The position numbers and the translations under genes are program-made. Source: an uncultured delta proteobacterium (GTDB lineage Bacteria > Desulfobacterota > Binatia > UBA9968). Taken from it: a stretch of DNA of 64,000 nt. Shown piece by piece: positions 9,198-19,160 of the stretch; the stretch's first letter is position 1, and each line of letters opens with the position of its first letter. The DNA is taken from the NCBI GenBank assembly GCA_963771465.1, contig CAVYTU010000017.1, forward strand, positions 1,024,001 to 1,088,000. The letters are read 5' to 3'. A model generated the notes under the pieces. It was not told the origin of the DNA and made no database searches. It saw nothing but the letters and a program-made list of their open reading frames with translations.

Positions 9198-10217
9198 ATG
9201 AAGAAACGCTGGATTCTGACTATCGTTCAGGTTTGCTCGATATTCTTATCGGGCGTGCCGCTCTTGGCTCAGGACGCCAAACTCATCGAAGCGGCGAAGA
9301 AGGAAGGCGGTAAGGTCGTTGTTTATGGGTCCATTGAAAACGACACCATGGATTTGATCGGCGCGGCGTTCAAAAAGAAGACAGGACTGGAGGTAGAGTT
9401 CTGGCGCGCGGCATCGACCAAAGTGATGGACCGCGTGCTCGGCGAAACCCGCACTGGGAAACCGCTTTACGACGTCGTGCTGACGACCACACCGCCGATG
9501 GAGTTCATGTTCAATGAGGGCGGGTTGTCCAAGTATGATTCGCCGTCGGCGAAATTTTTTCCCAAGGAAGTCATGCACCCCAACCTCGGCCCGCAGTATC
9601 GCAACGCCGTAATCGGTATCCTCTATCACTCCGGTATCGTCAAGGCGGCGGATGCGCCGAAATCGTTGGAAGACCTACTCAAGCCCCAGTACCGCGGCAA
9701 ACTCGTCATGCCCGACGCCAGTCTACACACGACGACGGCGCAGTGGTTGGCGAGTTTGCATAAAGTCATGGGCAGCAAGGAGCGCGCGGACAAATTCATC
9801 CGCGACCTAGCGGCGACTAAACCGCTGTTGGTGGATTCACTGACGCCGGCCGGCGAGCGAGTTACTACAGGCGAGACGCCCATCGGTATCGGTTTTCTCA
9901 AGAATGTCGTCTTCTACGGCCAGAAAGGCGTGCCGATCGATTACGTCAGGCTCGGTAAGTTTATGGGCGACGGTCAAGCTGTGGCGCTCGCGGCGAAACC
10001 GGTCCATGGCAATGCGGGTAAAGCATTTATCGATTATTTCATCGGCGAAGATGGACTCAAAATCATGGCCGGCATCGGCGAGTTCGTCACGCGCAAAGGC
10101 ATCTACCCACCAATCCCAGACGCCAATAAAATCGAATTGGTCGAGATGATCGACATGGATAAGAAGGCCTACACGGAAAAGATGGCCGAGTATAAGAAGA
10201 TATTCTTGCAGCAATGA
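9198..10217 (+). CDS. Extracellular solute-binding protein (Fe3+/thiamine-type ABC SBP)
   Basis: Signal peptide, AAKKEG.VVVYGS, PKSLEDLL.P.YRGK; AGGAGG RBS. Confidence 0.88.
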   Translation: MKKRWILTIVQVCSIFLSGVPLLAQDAKLIEAAKKEGGKVVVYGSIENDTMDLIGAAFKKKTGLEVEFWRAASTKVMDRVLGETRTGKPLYDVVLTTTPPMEFMFNEGGLSKYDSPSAKFFPKEVMHPNLGPQYRNAVIGILYHSGIVKAADAPKSLEDLLKPQYRGKLVMPDASLHTTTAQWLASLHKVMGSKERADKFIRDLAATKPLLVDSLTPAGERVTTGETPIGIGFLKNVVFYGQKGVPIDYVRLGKFMGDGQAVALAAKPVHGNAGKAFIDYFIGEDGLKIMAGIGEFVTRKGIYPPIPDANKIELVEMIDMDKKAYTEKMAEYKKIFLQQ

Positions 10218-10226
10218 TGGGTTAGT

Positions 10227-10268
10227 CGTTCAAAACGTTCAAGCCGTTCAAATAGTTGAAATCGTTTT
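10227..10268. repeat. Half element of nonamer tandem repeats (CGTTCAAnn)
   Basis: cgttcaaaa cgttcaagc cgttcaaat agttgaaat cgtttt; same units as the right arm at 11932-11971. Confidence 0.75.
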
Positions 10269-10292
10269 CACGGTTTATAGTGGAGGATTCTC

Positions 10293-11872
10293 GTGGTTGA
10301 TGGCGAATGGGACGTGATCCTGATCGGCGCGGGGCAAAATAATTTTGCTCTCGGCACTTACCTCGGCAAAGCCGGCTTGAAGACGGTGATTTGCGAGAGT
10401 CGGCTCGAGAACGGTGGACGGCTCGCCAGCGAAGAGATCACTCGGCCCGGTTACTGGCACAACACGCTCGCCTACTTCCAAGACAATCGCGAAGTGTCGC
10501 CGCCTTGGCGCGAGCTCGATTGGGACAACGGCCATCACGCTGAGTTCATTTCGCCGCCGGTGATCAGCTCGTTATTGCTTTCCGATGGCAGCTCGGTGTC
10601 GCAGCATCAGTCGCTGGAGCAGACGGTCACTTCGATCAAGAAAATCTCCACTCGAGATGGCGAAGCTTGGCGCGAAACTCACCATCGCTATTACCAACTG
10701 ATCCGCGATTATCTGATTCCCTACTATTACCAGGCGCCTCAAAGCGGCAAGACAATTTTGCAAAAGCTCGATTTCGCACCGGCGGGTAGAGAGTTCATAC
10801 GCCTTTGGCACATGACGCCGCGCCAAGTGGTGGATGAGCTGTTCGAGGCCGATGCGGTGAAGACGTTGGTACTTTCCCAGATGGCCATTCCGCGCGGCGT
10901 AGGCGTTGATTACGCCGGTGGTGGCATCGAAGTCTTAAAGATGATCGCCGGCGATGAAAGACCCGAGCTGGCGCGCGGCGGCGTCCCATTCCATCGCGCA
11001 AGTGTTGCAGCGCGCCTACGTTCACAACGGCGGGCAGATTCGCGCCGTGCATCACGTTGAAAAAATTTTCGTCAATGACGACGGACGCGCCGTGGGCGTG
11101 CGGTTACGCGACGGCCGCGAGTGGCAAGCGCGCTTGGCGGTGGTTTCCAATAGCGATCCTTATTCCACTTTCGTTGAAATGGTTGGCGAGGATTATCTGC
11201 CGCGGACGTTTGTCGAACGGGTTAAAGACATCCAGGTCGATGAGTTTTCATATTTCCAAGTTCACGTCGCTTTGAAAGCGCCGGTGCGTTACGCGCTTCA
11301 CGAAGCGAACGATCCGTCCGTCGGTCAGGCGATGAACGTGAACATCGGACCCGAGAAGCCATCGGATATTGACGAGCATGTGGCAAGAGATTCGCGCTGG
11401 TGAGTTTCCGGAGCATGCTTGTCTGCATGCGATATGTCCGACCGCGTTCGATCCATTGCAGGCGCCGCGCGGCAAACACGCCGCGTCGGTGTTCATGCCG
11501 GTGCCGTTTCAATTGAAGGGCAAAAAGCCGGAGGATTGGGTCAAGCTCAAGAACGGTTTCATGGACAGCGTTTTGAAAATCTGGCGCCGCTGCGCGACCA
11601 ATCTCACCGATGAGAACATCGAAATGAAAGTAGCCATGGAGCCGCACTATATGTCCGGCCGCTGGCCCAACATGCGCCGCGGTTCGGTCTGGGTGGCGCG
11701 CAAAATTCCGACGCAGATGGGTGAGCAGCGGCCGATCGAACAAATCTCCGACTACCGCACGCCGATCGCGGGACTTTATCAAGTCGGCGCGGCGATGCAT
11801 CCAGCCGATGCGGTCATCGCGGGCTCGGGGTATAACTGCTGGCGGGCGATGAAAGAGGATTTGAAACTTTAG
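10293..11872 (+). CDS. Phytoene-dehydrogenase-like FAD-dependent oxidoreductase (two apparent frameshifts, near 10980 and 11375)
   Basis: Rossmann motif IGAGQNN, FDPLQAPRGKH, YRTPIAGLY, HP...G.GYN; spread over three overlapping ORFs. Confidence 0.8.
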
Positions 11873-11880
11873 TAATCTCT

Positions 11881-11971
11881 GAAACGTTTCGAACGGCTTG
11901 AACGATTGCCACGATTTGAACCACGCCGTCCTTCAAGTCGTTCAAATAGTTCAAAACGTTCAGGCCGTTTC
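11881..11971. repeat. Hairpin element with nonamer-tandem arms (TGAACG/CGTTCA)
   Basis: Left gaaacgtttcgaacggcttgaacgattgccacgatttgaac; right ttcaagtcgttcaaatagttcaaaacgttcaggccgtttc. Confidence 0.8.
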
Positions 11972-11983
11972 GGACCGGATGTT

Positions 11984-13607
11984 ATGGCGAAAATTTTGGA
12001 ATACGACGGCGTTGTCATCGGCGCGGGGCATAACGGCATGATTTGCGCCGGCTATCTGGCCAAGTGCGGCCAGAAGATCATGGTCGTCGAGAAAAATATG
12101 GAAGTCGGCGGCGGGCTCGATTCCCACGAAGACCGCAACTATGCCGGCTTTTGGCATAACATTCATTCCGTATTCCACCGCGGCTTGATGATGCTGCCGT
12201 GGTACAGGGATCTCGAGCTGGAGAACTTCGGCATTCATTACTATCGCCCCGATCCCGGCGTGGTGCATCACTTTATCGACAAGACGTATCTTGGCTGGTT
12301 TTCCGACGTGAAGAAAACCGTCGAGACCATCGAGCGCTTTTCGAAAAAAGACGCCGCGTCCTTCATGGACATCTGGACGCGCTGGCAGCCGGTGGTGCAG
12401 AAAATTGTTTTCACCGAAACCTACGCCGTGCCGCTAGCGTTCGAAGAAAAGAAACCGCTGTTGGAAAAGACGATCGAAGGCCGAGAGTATCTGAAGTATT
12501 TCGACACCACGCCGGAGGAGTTTGTTCTCAAACACTTTGAGCATCCGCGCGTGCGCGCGTTTATCGGCTTCCTTGGCGTGATGCGCGGCTATGAGCTCGA
12601 TGCGCCGCAGACCGGCTACCTGATTCCCGCGATGATCGCCTGGGGCGTCAATCCGCAACTGTGCCGCGGCACGTCGCATGCGTTGGGAGACAATCTGGCG
12701 CACATGATGTCGCATAATCACGTCGACTACATCGAGGCCAATGGCGTCGAACGAATTCTGGTGGAGAAAGGGCAGGCGACCGCGGTCGTATTGGAAGACG
12801 GCACGGTGATCAAGGCGCGCAAGTTCATCGCGTCGAACGTGAATCCGGTCGAAACATTCATCAAGCTGGTGGGGCGAGAAAATTTGGACAAGAAGTTCGC
12901 CGATCTGGCGGACGGATTTCGTTTTTCCAAGACGACGCCAATCTTCGCGACCAATTTAGCTCTAAACGAACGGCCCAAGTACATCACTGAAGAAAAATAT
13001 CCCGAAGTCGCAGCTTCGTTCATGCACATCGTCGGCCTGGATGACTACGAAGACTTGCAAAACCTATTCGAAGATTGCCGCACCGGGCAACTGCCGCGCA
13101 AGCCCTTCATGAACGGCGCGACGCCGTCGTTTCACGATCCGACCCAGGCGCCGCCGGGTAAAGCGACGGCGTTTATGTGGCAATTGATGACGTACAATCT
13201 GTGGGGCAATCCCTTGAACTGGGACAAAGCGCGCGACGATTGGTTTAAAAAGCAACTGGCGGTTTGGCAAAAGTTCGCGCCGAACTTGGACGAGGCTAAT
13301 ATTCTCTCGACCGATTCAACGACGCCGCTCGATATCGAACGTCACGACAAGAATATGTACTGCGGCGACTGGATGGTCGGTGAGTACTCCGGCGATCAAG
13401 CGCTGGAGAACCGGCCGTTCCCCGGTTGGGGACAATATCAGAACGCCCATCGACGGGCTATTCATGTGCGGATCGTCGTGTCATCCCGGCGGCAATATCA
13501 CCGGCGCTCCCGGTTACAACGCGGCGAAAGTGATCGCTGAGTCGCTTGGACTCAAGACGTGGTGGAATCCAGTAGACTTTCGCGAACATCTGAAGGGACT
13601 GAGATGA
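11984..13607 (+). CDS. Phytoene-dehydrogenase-like FAD-dependent oxidoreductase (frameshift near 13440)
   Basis: IGAGHNG, HDPTQAPPGK, TPLD; RTPIDGLFMCGSSCHPGG...GAPGYNAA in the next frame. Confidence 0.87.
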
Positions 13608-13615
13608 AGACTAGT

Positions 13616-13694
13616 TGGAATATTGGAGTAATGGAGTGGTGGAGTGATGGGTCCGGTACCCAATACCCCAGTACTCCAACACTCCATCACTCCA
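13616..13694. repeat. Hairpin element with octamer-tandem arms (TGGAGTnn/nnACTCCA)
   Basis: tggaatat tggagtaa tggagtgg tggagtga tggg ... ccca atacccca gtactcca acactcca tcactcca. Confidence 0.88.
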
Positions 13695-13704
13695 GGGGGC
13701 GGTT

Positions 13705-14449
13705 ATGAGATTGGCTGATCGAGTTGCCATCGTCACCGGCGGCGCGCGCCATATCGGCGCGGCGTATTGCCGACGCTTAGCCGAAGAAGGCGCCGCGGTG
13801 GTCATCGCCGATATACTCGACGGTGAGCCGGTGGCGCAGGAGATTCGGGCGAAAGGTGGCAAAGCGTTGGCGCTCAAAGATCGATGTGTCGAATGAAGAC
13901 GACACAAACCGCATGGCTGCCGAAGCGGTGAAAGCATTCGGCCGGATCGATATCCTCGTCAACAACGCGGCGATCTTCATCAACATCCAACGCCATCCGT
14001 TTTATGAAATCACTGGCGAGGAGTGGGACAAGGTCTCCGCCGTGAATATCAAAGGCCCGTTTCTCTGCGCCAAAGCGGTCTTCCCGCAGATGAAAGAGCA
14101 GAAGAGCGGCAAGATTATCAACATCTCGTCGTCGACCGCGTACTGGGGCACGCCCAACTTTCTCCACTACGTGGCGTCGAAAGCCGCACTTATCGGGATG
14201 ACCCGGTCATTGGCGCGTGAAGTCGGCGCGTACGGCATTTGCGTCAACGCAATCGCACCGGGTTTAGTCGAACACGAAGGGCAGAACGCTCCCAAGGCGC
14301 TCACGGAATTGCAGCTCAAAGAGAGATCCATCAAGCGGCTGCAAACGCCTCAAGATTTAATGGGCACGCTCGTGTTTCTATGTTCGTCTGACAGCGATTT
14401 CATGACGGGGCAATCGATTGTGGTGGATGGCGGAAGTATTTTTCATTGA
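13705..14449 (+). CDS. Short-chain dehydrogenase/reductase (frameshift near 13880)
   Basis: TGGARHIG, NNAA, YxxxK (YVASK), VDGG. Confidence 0.9.
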
Positions 14450-14641
14450 CTATGTCATGGTTTCACATGCCGAACAGTCGCCTGTTCCGCGACGTAAAGA
14501 TTGAGATACAGGCGCGCCTTTGCTGGGAAGGGGAGATTGAGCGAGGGGCGACAGATGCTACTTGAGCAACTGCCTCATGCGATCGGTTGGTTTGACCCCA
14601 TGAAAGTTTGATAGAGGGAGCTTTAGGCGTGTTGGAAATAC

Positions 14642-14665
14642 GCACCGGCTCTTTCGAGCCGGTGC
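14642..14665. terminator. Hairpin 3' of the amidohydrolase gene, probable terminator
   Basis: gcaccggct-ctttcg-agccggtgc perfect 9-bp stem about 10 nt past the corrected stop. Confidence 0.6.
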
Positions 14666-14675
14666 TTCTGACCTC

Positions 14676-15759
14676 TTACTGCACCGGACTCGGCACCGGA
14701 ATGTTGTAAAGCTTGGCGACGTTTTCCCGCACGAGTTTTGCGCGCAACGGGGCGGGAAGATCCCCTAGATCTCGGGCGACGATCTTGACGAGAGTTGGGC
14801 CAGGTCGAGTTGCCATGTGGGAAGTCGTTGGACCACATGCAGTTGTCGGCGCCCCACCAGTTGAGGATATGGCCGCCGACGGCGTCGTTGAAGAAAGTGG
14901 TGTAGATCTGGTTGTGGAAGTATTCGCTCGGCAGTTTCTTGATCGCTAAGCCTTCGCGATTGGCGCCGTGGCGTTTGAAGTAGTAGTCCCACTGCTCCAA
15001 GACAAACGGAATCCAGCCGAGCTCGTTCTCCACTAGGACCACCTTTAGTTTTGGAAAGCGTTCCAACACGCCGGAATAGATCAACTCATAGAGGCTATCG
15101 ACCGACTGAAAGAGTTTCATGTTGACGCTATTGTGCTCCGAAGTCAGGCCGGTTGGGGTATCTTTGAGACCGACCGAACGGCTACGGCTGTAGCCATGGC
15201 CGCTCAAGATGTGCAGGTTCACCGACATGTCGAGGTCCTGAGAGGTGGCCCAGAACTTGTCATAGTGCGACGAGGAGAAAGGCAGTTCCGGCGGCGGCAC
15301 CTGCCAGATCACCGAGCCGCGCATGCCAGCCTTGCGGCAGCGCTCCAGCTCTTTCACGGCGCCGTCGATGTCGTACATCGATAACATCGAAATGCCGATC
15401 AGCCGGTCGGGCGCGGCGCTGCAGTAGTCGATCAGCCAATCGTTGTAAACTCGGCAGCAGGCCCCTTCCAACTCGTGATCGTCGAGGCTCAAGCACTTCA
15501 AACCGTGGGTCGGATAGAGCACTTCGGCGCTGACGCCGTCGGCGGCCATTTCGGCGACGCGCTTGTTCTTGTCCTGCGCACCACCGGGAGTGTCGTTGGG
15601 TCTTTGCCCGCCGAAGTCGGGAGCGCGGTCCTGAAAAGCTTTTGGCAGTTGTTTTTGCCACAGTCCTGCGGGCTCGATGACATGCGAGTCCGACGAGATG
15701 AGAACCTCATCGATGACAGTCTTTGACTCGCGCCCATAGGTTCGTTCGATAATGGCCAT
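14676..15759 (-). CDS. Amidohydrolase family 2 protein (frameshift near 14790)
   Basis: ISSDSHVIEP, EVLYPT, YNDWL, GVLERFPKLK...E, WSNDFPH; corrected end RENVAKLY...VQ*. Confidence 0.88.
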
Positions 15760-15847
15760 GGTTCTGTTTCCTTTTTTGTGCAAATTTTCTGGCTGCTGTT
15801 TATCATTCAATACCTAGTCGCGGGGGCGGGCGCAAGAGGAAGTGGAA

Positions 15848-16382
15848 TAATGGAGAATGGAAAATTGAGAATGGATAATTTTCGGATGGAGATGCCGGGT
15901 TTTTCGCAAATGTTAGGTTGTTTAACTACGATTGTCACCATGGTACGAAGCCAGGAGGAATTCGAATTGAGAATTGAGAGTCGAAAAATGAAAGAGAATG
16001 TCGTCAAAGACAAATCTTTTGATTTCGCGCTGCGGGTAGTTAAGCTGGCGAAATTTCTTGAAGCAAGAAAAGGGAATTTGTTTTGTCTCGGCAAGTGCTT
16101 CGTAGTGGGACGGCGATCGGCGCGTTGGTCAGAGAGGCCGAGCACGCCGAGAGCAAAGCGGATTTCATTCACAAGATGAGCATCGCGCTGAAGGAAGCAA
16201 ACGAAACCTCGTACTGGTTGGAACTACTATACCAAGGCGAGTACATTGACAAAGAAAGCTTTCGAGTCGATCCGCTGCTGATAGCGAAGAGATCATCAAA
16301 TTATTGGTGGCGATCGTAAAAACTTCCAAAGTCTCAAAACGCTCCGAATAATTCTCCATTCTCAATTATCCATTATCCATTA
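15848..16382. mobile_element. Putative element: four-helix-bundle gene enclosed by ~40-bp inverted arms of heptamer tandem repeats
   Basis: Left taatggagaatggaaaattgagaatggataattttcgga (15848-15886); reverse complement of right arm (16343-16382) is taatggataatggataattgagaatggagaattattcgga. Confidence 0.75.
15988..16351 (+). CDS. Four-helix-bundle protein (23S rRNA intervening-sequence protein family, Avd-like fold); two apparent frameshifts
   Basis: KDKSFDFALRVVKL, LSRQVLRSGTAIGALVREAEHAESKADFIHKMSIALKEANETSYWLELL, EEIIKLLVAIVKT; the stop lies inside the right arm. Confidence 0.88.
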
Positions 16383-17827
16383 TGCCAAAGTCGCTTCGTA
16401 CGTTTCTCGATGATATGCGCGGGGCATACCCGAGCGAGGTCGTGTCGATTTCCAAGACCGTCAATCCGCTCACTTATGATATTACTGCAATCGTCAAGCA
16501 GCTCGGCGCGCTGAAGAAATTTCCCGTACTGATCTTCGAGCATCCGCTCAATGCTCACGGCCAGGCTACCGACATGAAAGTGGTCATGAGCGCGGAGAAC
16601 TCGCAGAAAAAGATTCAAGTCGCTCTCGGCGTGCCGGCGGACATGGATCGCGCCGAGATGGCGCGCGAGTGCTTGCGCCGCGAGGCGAGCAAGATCGGGC
16701 CGATGATTGTCAGTAAAGACGCGGCGCCGGTGAAAGAGATTATCCGCACCGGCGATCAGGTCGATCTCTATGAGTTGCCGTTGCTCAAGCACCACGAGAT
16801 GGACGGCGGGCCTTATATCGATATGTCGAGCGTCGCCAAAGATCGCGCCAGCGGCGTTTACAATTGCTCGTATCATCGGATGGAAGTGAAAGACCGCAAT
16901 CACACCGGGTTTCTGATGAGCTTGCAACATACGTGGCGCGTCTTTCGCGGTTACGAAGAGGTCGGCGAGGAATGTCCCGTCGCGACCGTGATCGGCCATC
17001 ATCCGGCCTATCAAATGGGCGCGTGTTACGGCGGGCCGTTCGAGATCAGCGAATACGATATCATCGGCGGCTATATGCAGGAGCCGTTGCGCTTAACGCC
17101 TTCTGAAACATGGGGCGAGCGCTTGCTCGTGCCTGCGGACGCAGAGATCGTCATCGAAGGAGCCTTGCTGCCGGGAAAACGAATGGTCGAAGGACCATTC
17201 GGTGAAGTGAACGGTTATCTCGGCGTGCAAGGCTACCAGCAATCGGCGCACTACGAAGTGCGCGCGATCACCCGGCGGCGCGGCGCGCTGCACACGTCGA
17301 TCCTCACACCCGAAGGGGACAAGCCGTGGATGGACTTGGCGCGGGAAGGCGCGTATTTGCGGCGCGCGCGCGAGGCTGTGCCCAATGTGCTGGCGGTGTG
17401 CGCCAGCGGCCGTCATGCGCTGCTGAATGTTTTTATTTCGATGAAAAAAATGTCGGAAGGCGATCCCGGCCGCGCCGCCGCGGCGGTGCTGACGTGGGAC
17501 TGGTGCAAGAACGTTTTTGTCTTCGATGAAGACATTAACGTCTATGATCCGACCGAAATTCTCTGGGCCGTCGCCACCCGAGTGCAGCCGCACCTGCAAG
17601 TTTCGATCATCAAAGAAATCATGCGCGGCAGCTTGATCGATCCATCGATGGTCGACGCGCGCAAGACCTCGGCAATGATCGTCGACGCCACCAAACCGCT
17701 CGACCGGCCATTTTCGCCGGTGTCGAAGTGTCCCGACGAAGCGCTAGCGCGGATTCGCCTCGAAGACTTCGTGCCTGGCGAAGTGTTGCAGCATATTCCC
17801 ATCGACCGGACGACTTACTGGGCGTAA
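16382..17827 (+). CDS. UbiD family (prFMN-dependent) decarboxylase
   Basis: DLYELP, DGGPYI, N...HR, VPADAEIVIEG, EGPFGE, DEDI, WAVATR, IVDATKP. Confidence 0.92.
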   Translation: MPKSLRTFLDDMRGAYPSEVVSISKTVNPLTYDITAIVKQLGALKKFPVLIFEHPLNAHGQATDMKVVMSAENSQKKIQVALGVPADMDRAEMARECLRREASKIGPMIVSKDAAPVKEIIRTGDQVDLYELPLLKHHEMDGGPYIDMSSVAKDRASGVYNCSYHRMEVKDRNHTGFLMSLQHTWRVFRGYEEVGEECPVATVIGHHPAYQMGACYGGPFEISEYDIIGGYMQEPLRLTPSETWGERLLVPADAEIVIEGALLPGKRMVEGPFGEVNGYLGVQGYQQSAHYEVRAITRRRGALHTSILTPEGDKPWMDLAREGAYLRRAREAVPNVLAVCASGRHALLNVFISMKKMSEGDPGRAAAAVLTWDWCKNVFVFDEDINVYDPTEILWAVATRVQPHLQVSIIKEIMRGSLIDPSMVDARKTSAMIVDATKPLDRPFSPVSKCPDEALARIRLEDFVPGEVLQHIPIDRTTYWA

Positions 17828-17833
17828 ATATTT

Positions 17834-17903
17834 TGTTCAAGGTTCAAGAGTTCAATGTCGGATGGACTTCTATCGAGGTAATCATCCGATTGAACCGTGA
17901 ACT
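17834..17903. repeat. Degenerate GTTCAAG-tandem hairpin
   Basis: gttcaaggttcaagagttcaatgtcggatg...catccgattgaaccgtgaact. Confidence 0.6.
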
Positions 17904-17994
17904 CTTATACTTTTTGAAAGTGGGTCTTTGCCTGCAAAAGCCGCTATAATCGGCTATCTTGAATTCGTTCCCAGCTATACCAGTGAACTAAACC

Positions 17995-18972
17995 ATGTCC
18001 GGAATCTTCATCAGCTATCGCCGCGAAGACAGCGCGCCTTACGCCGGACGGTTGTACGACCGATTGTGCGGGCGCTTCGGCGCGGATCAAGTTTTCATGG
18101 ACGTCGACGACATTCCACCGGGAGCGGATTTTGCCGCGCATATCGGCGCCAAAGTCGGCTCCTGCGAGGCGATGATCGTCGTCATTGGCCACGAATGGTT
18201 GACCGCGCGCAATGGCGATGGGCAACTGCGCTTGAGCGATCCGCAGGATTTTGTCGGCCTGGAGGTGGCGCTGGCGCTGCAGCGCGACGGCATGGTGATC
18301 CCGGTGCTCGTCGGCGGCGCAAGCATGCCCAAAGCGGCCGAGCTGCGCAGCGACTTAAAGGCGCTGGCCAAGCGCAACGCCGTAATCCTCAGCGATCATG
18401 AATTTCAACGCGATGTCGATTCATTAGTTAAAGCGCTGGAATTGATCCCTAGCCTCGGCAAGAAGCCGGTGAACGAGAGCAACGATTGGAAGGTCGAGAT
18501 GCGTCAGCGGCTGCGCCGGCGGCTGGTCTGGAAGCTGCCGCTGATCGTATCGTTGGTATCGTTTGCGATCTGGTGGCAGTGGCGGATTAACTCGGAGGTC
18601 ATAGTGCCCACACCACACGCAGGGATCGCGGCGAAAACGGCCGCGGCGGTCGCTGGCACTTGGAGCGGCGAAGTCACCTATCCGTGGGGCGCGAAATACA
18701 CCGAACAGTTTTTCTTTCAGCCGGAAGGCGACAGCCTTTTCGGCACGGCGATGTTTCTCCAGTCCAAGCGTGGCATCGAGAACGGCAAGGTTATCGGCGA
18801 TACGATTTCGTTCCAGGTGCGATTCGAAGAGGTGAACGACGGTACGACCAGGACCCGTTGGAACCGCTACGAAGGAAAACTTGCGGGCGCGGAAATTCGC
18901 TTGAAGATACTCGACGACAAAGGCAATCCGCCCGTGGAAATCGCCTTGACTAGGGCCCGAGCAACTCTCTAA
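17995..18972 (+). CDS. TIR domain protein with one transmembrane helix and a C-terminal beta-rich domain
   Basis: IFISYRREDS...FMDVD.I.PG.DF, DFV.LEV..AL, VIPVLV; TM LPLIVSLVSFAIWW; perfect TATAAT at 17945-17950. Confidence 0.88.
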   Translation: MSGIFISYRREDSAPYAGRLYDRLCGRFGADQVFMDVDDIPPGADFAAHIGAKVGSCEAMIVVIGHEWLTARNGDGQLRLSDPQDFVGLEVALALQRDGMVIPVLVGGASMPKAAELRSDLKALAKRNAVILSDHEFQRDVDSLVKALELIPSLGKKPVNESNDWKVEMRQRLRRRLVWKLPLIVSLVSFAIWWQWRINSEVIVPTPHAGIAAKTAAAVAGTWSGEVTYPWGAKYTEQFFFQPEGDSLFGTAMFLQSKRGIENGKVIGDTISFQVRFEEVNDGTTRTRWNRYEGKLAGAEIRLKILDDKGNPPVEIALTRARATL

Positions 18973-19160
18973 CAGGTTGCTGAAAAAAGGCCTCTTGCAG
19001 GTTGCTCAAAAAGATCCAGAGGCGAGGCGCGTGAAAAATCGTGGTCGTGTTCGTGAACGTGACCGTGAAATTCACACGAGCACGAACACGCTACACGAAC
19101 ACGAATTGGACGCGAGGCGATTGAGCGCAACGAAGCATATGGGTCTTTTTCAGCAGCCTG
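18973..19160. mobile_element. MITE with ~20-bp terminal inverted repeats and a CTAA target-site duplication
   Basis: ctaa|caggttgctgaaaaaaggcc ... ggtctttttcagcagcctg|ctaa; second left-end copy near 18998; internal hexamer hairpin 19040-19104. Confidence 0.85.

Noticed and set aside
11906-11983. N-terminal extension of the second flavoprotein encoded by the nonamer repeat
   Set aside because: The Rossmann motif begins right after ATG 11984 and the upstream TTG has no RBS, so the repeat is probably untranslated here.
10293-13607. Carotenoid biosynthesis (crtI/crtO)
   Set aside because: No crtB, crtE or cyclase is in the window; family similarity alone does not support the call.
14466-14530. 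Possible second attC site (gccgaacagtcgcctgttccgcgacg)
   Set aside because: It resembles only a left half; there is no matching L'/R' and no cassette ORF.
15988-16351. Diversity-generating retroelement or rRNA intervening sequence
   Set aside because: The protein is Avd/IVP-like, but no reverse transcriptase, TR/VR pair or rRNA sequence is visible in the window.
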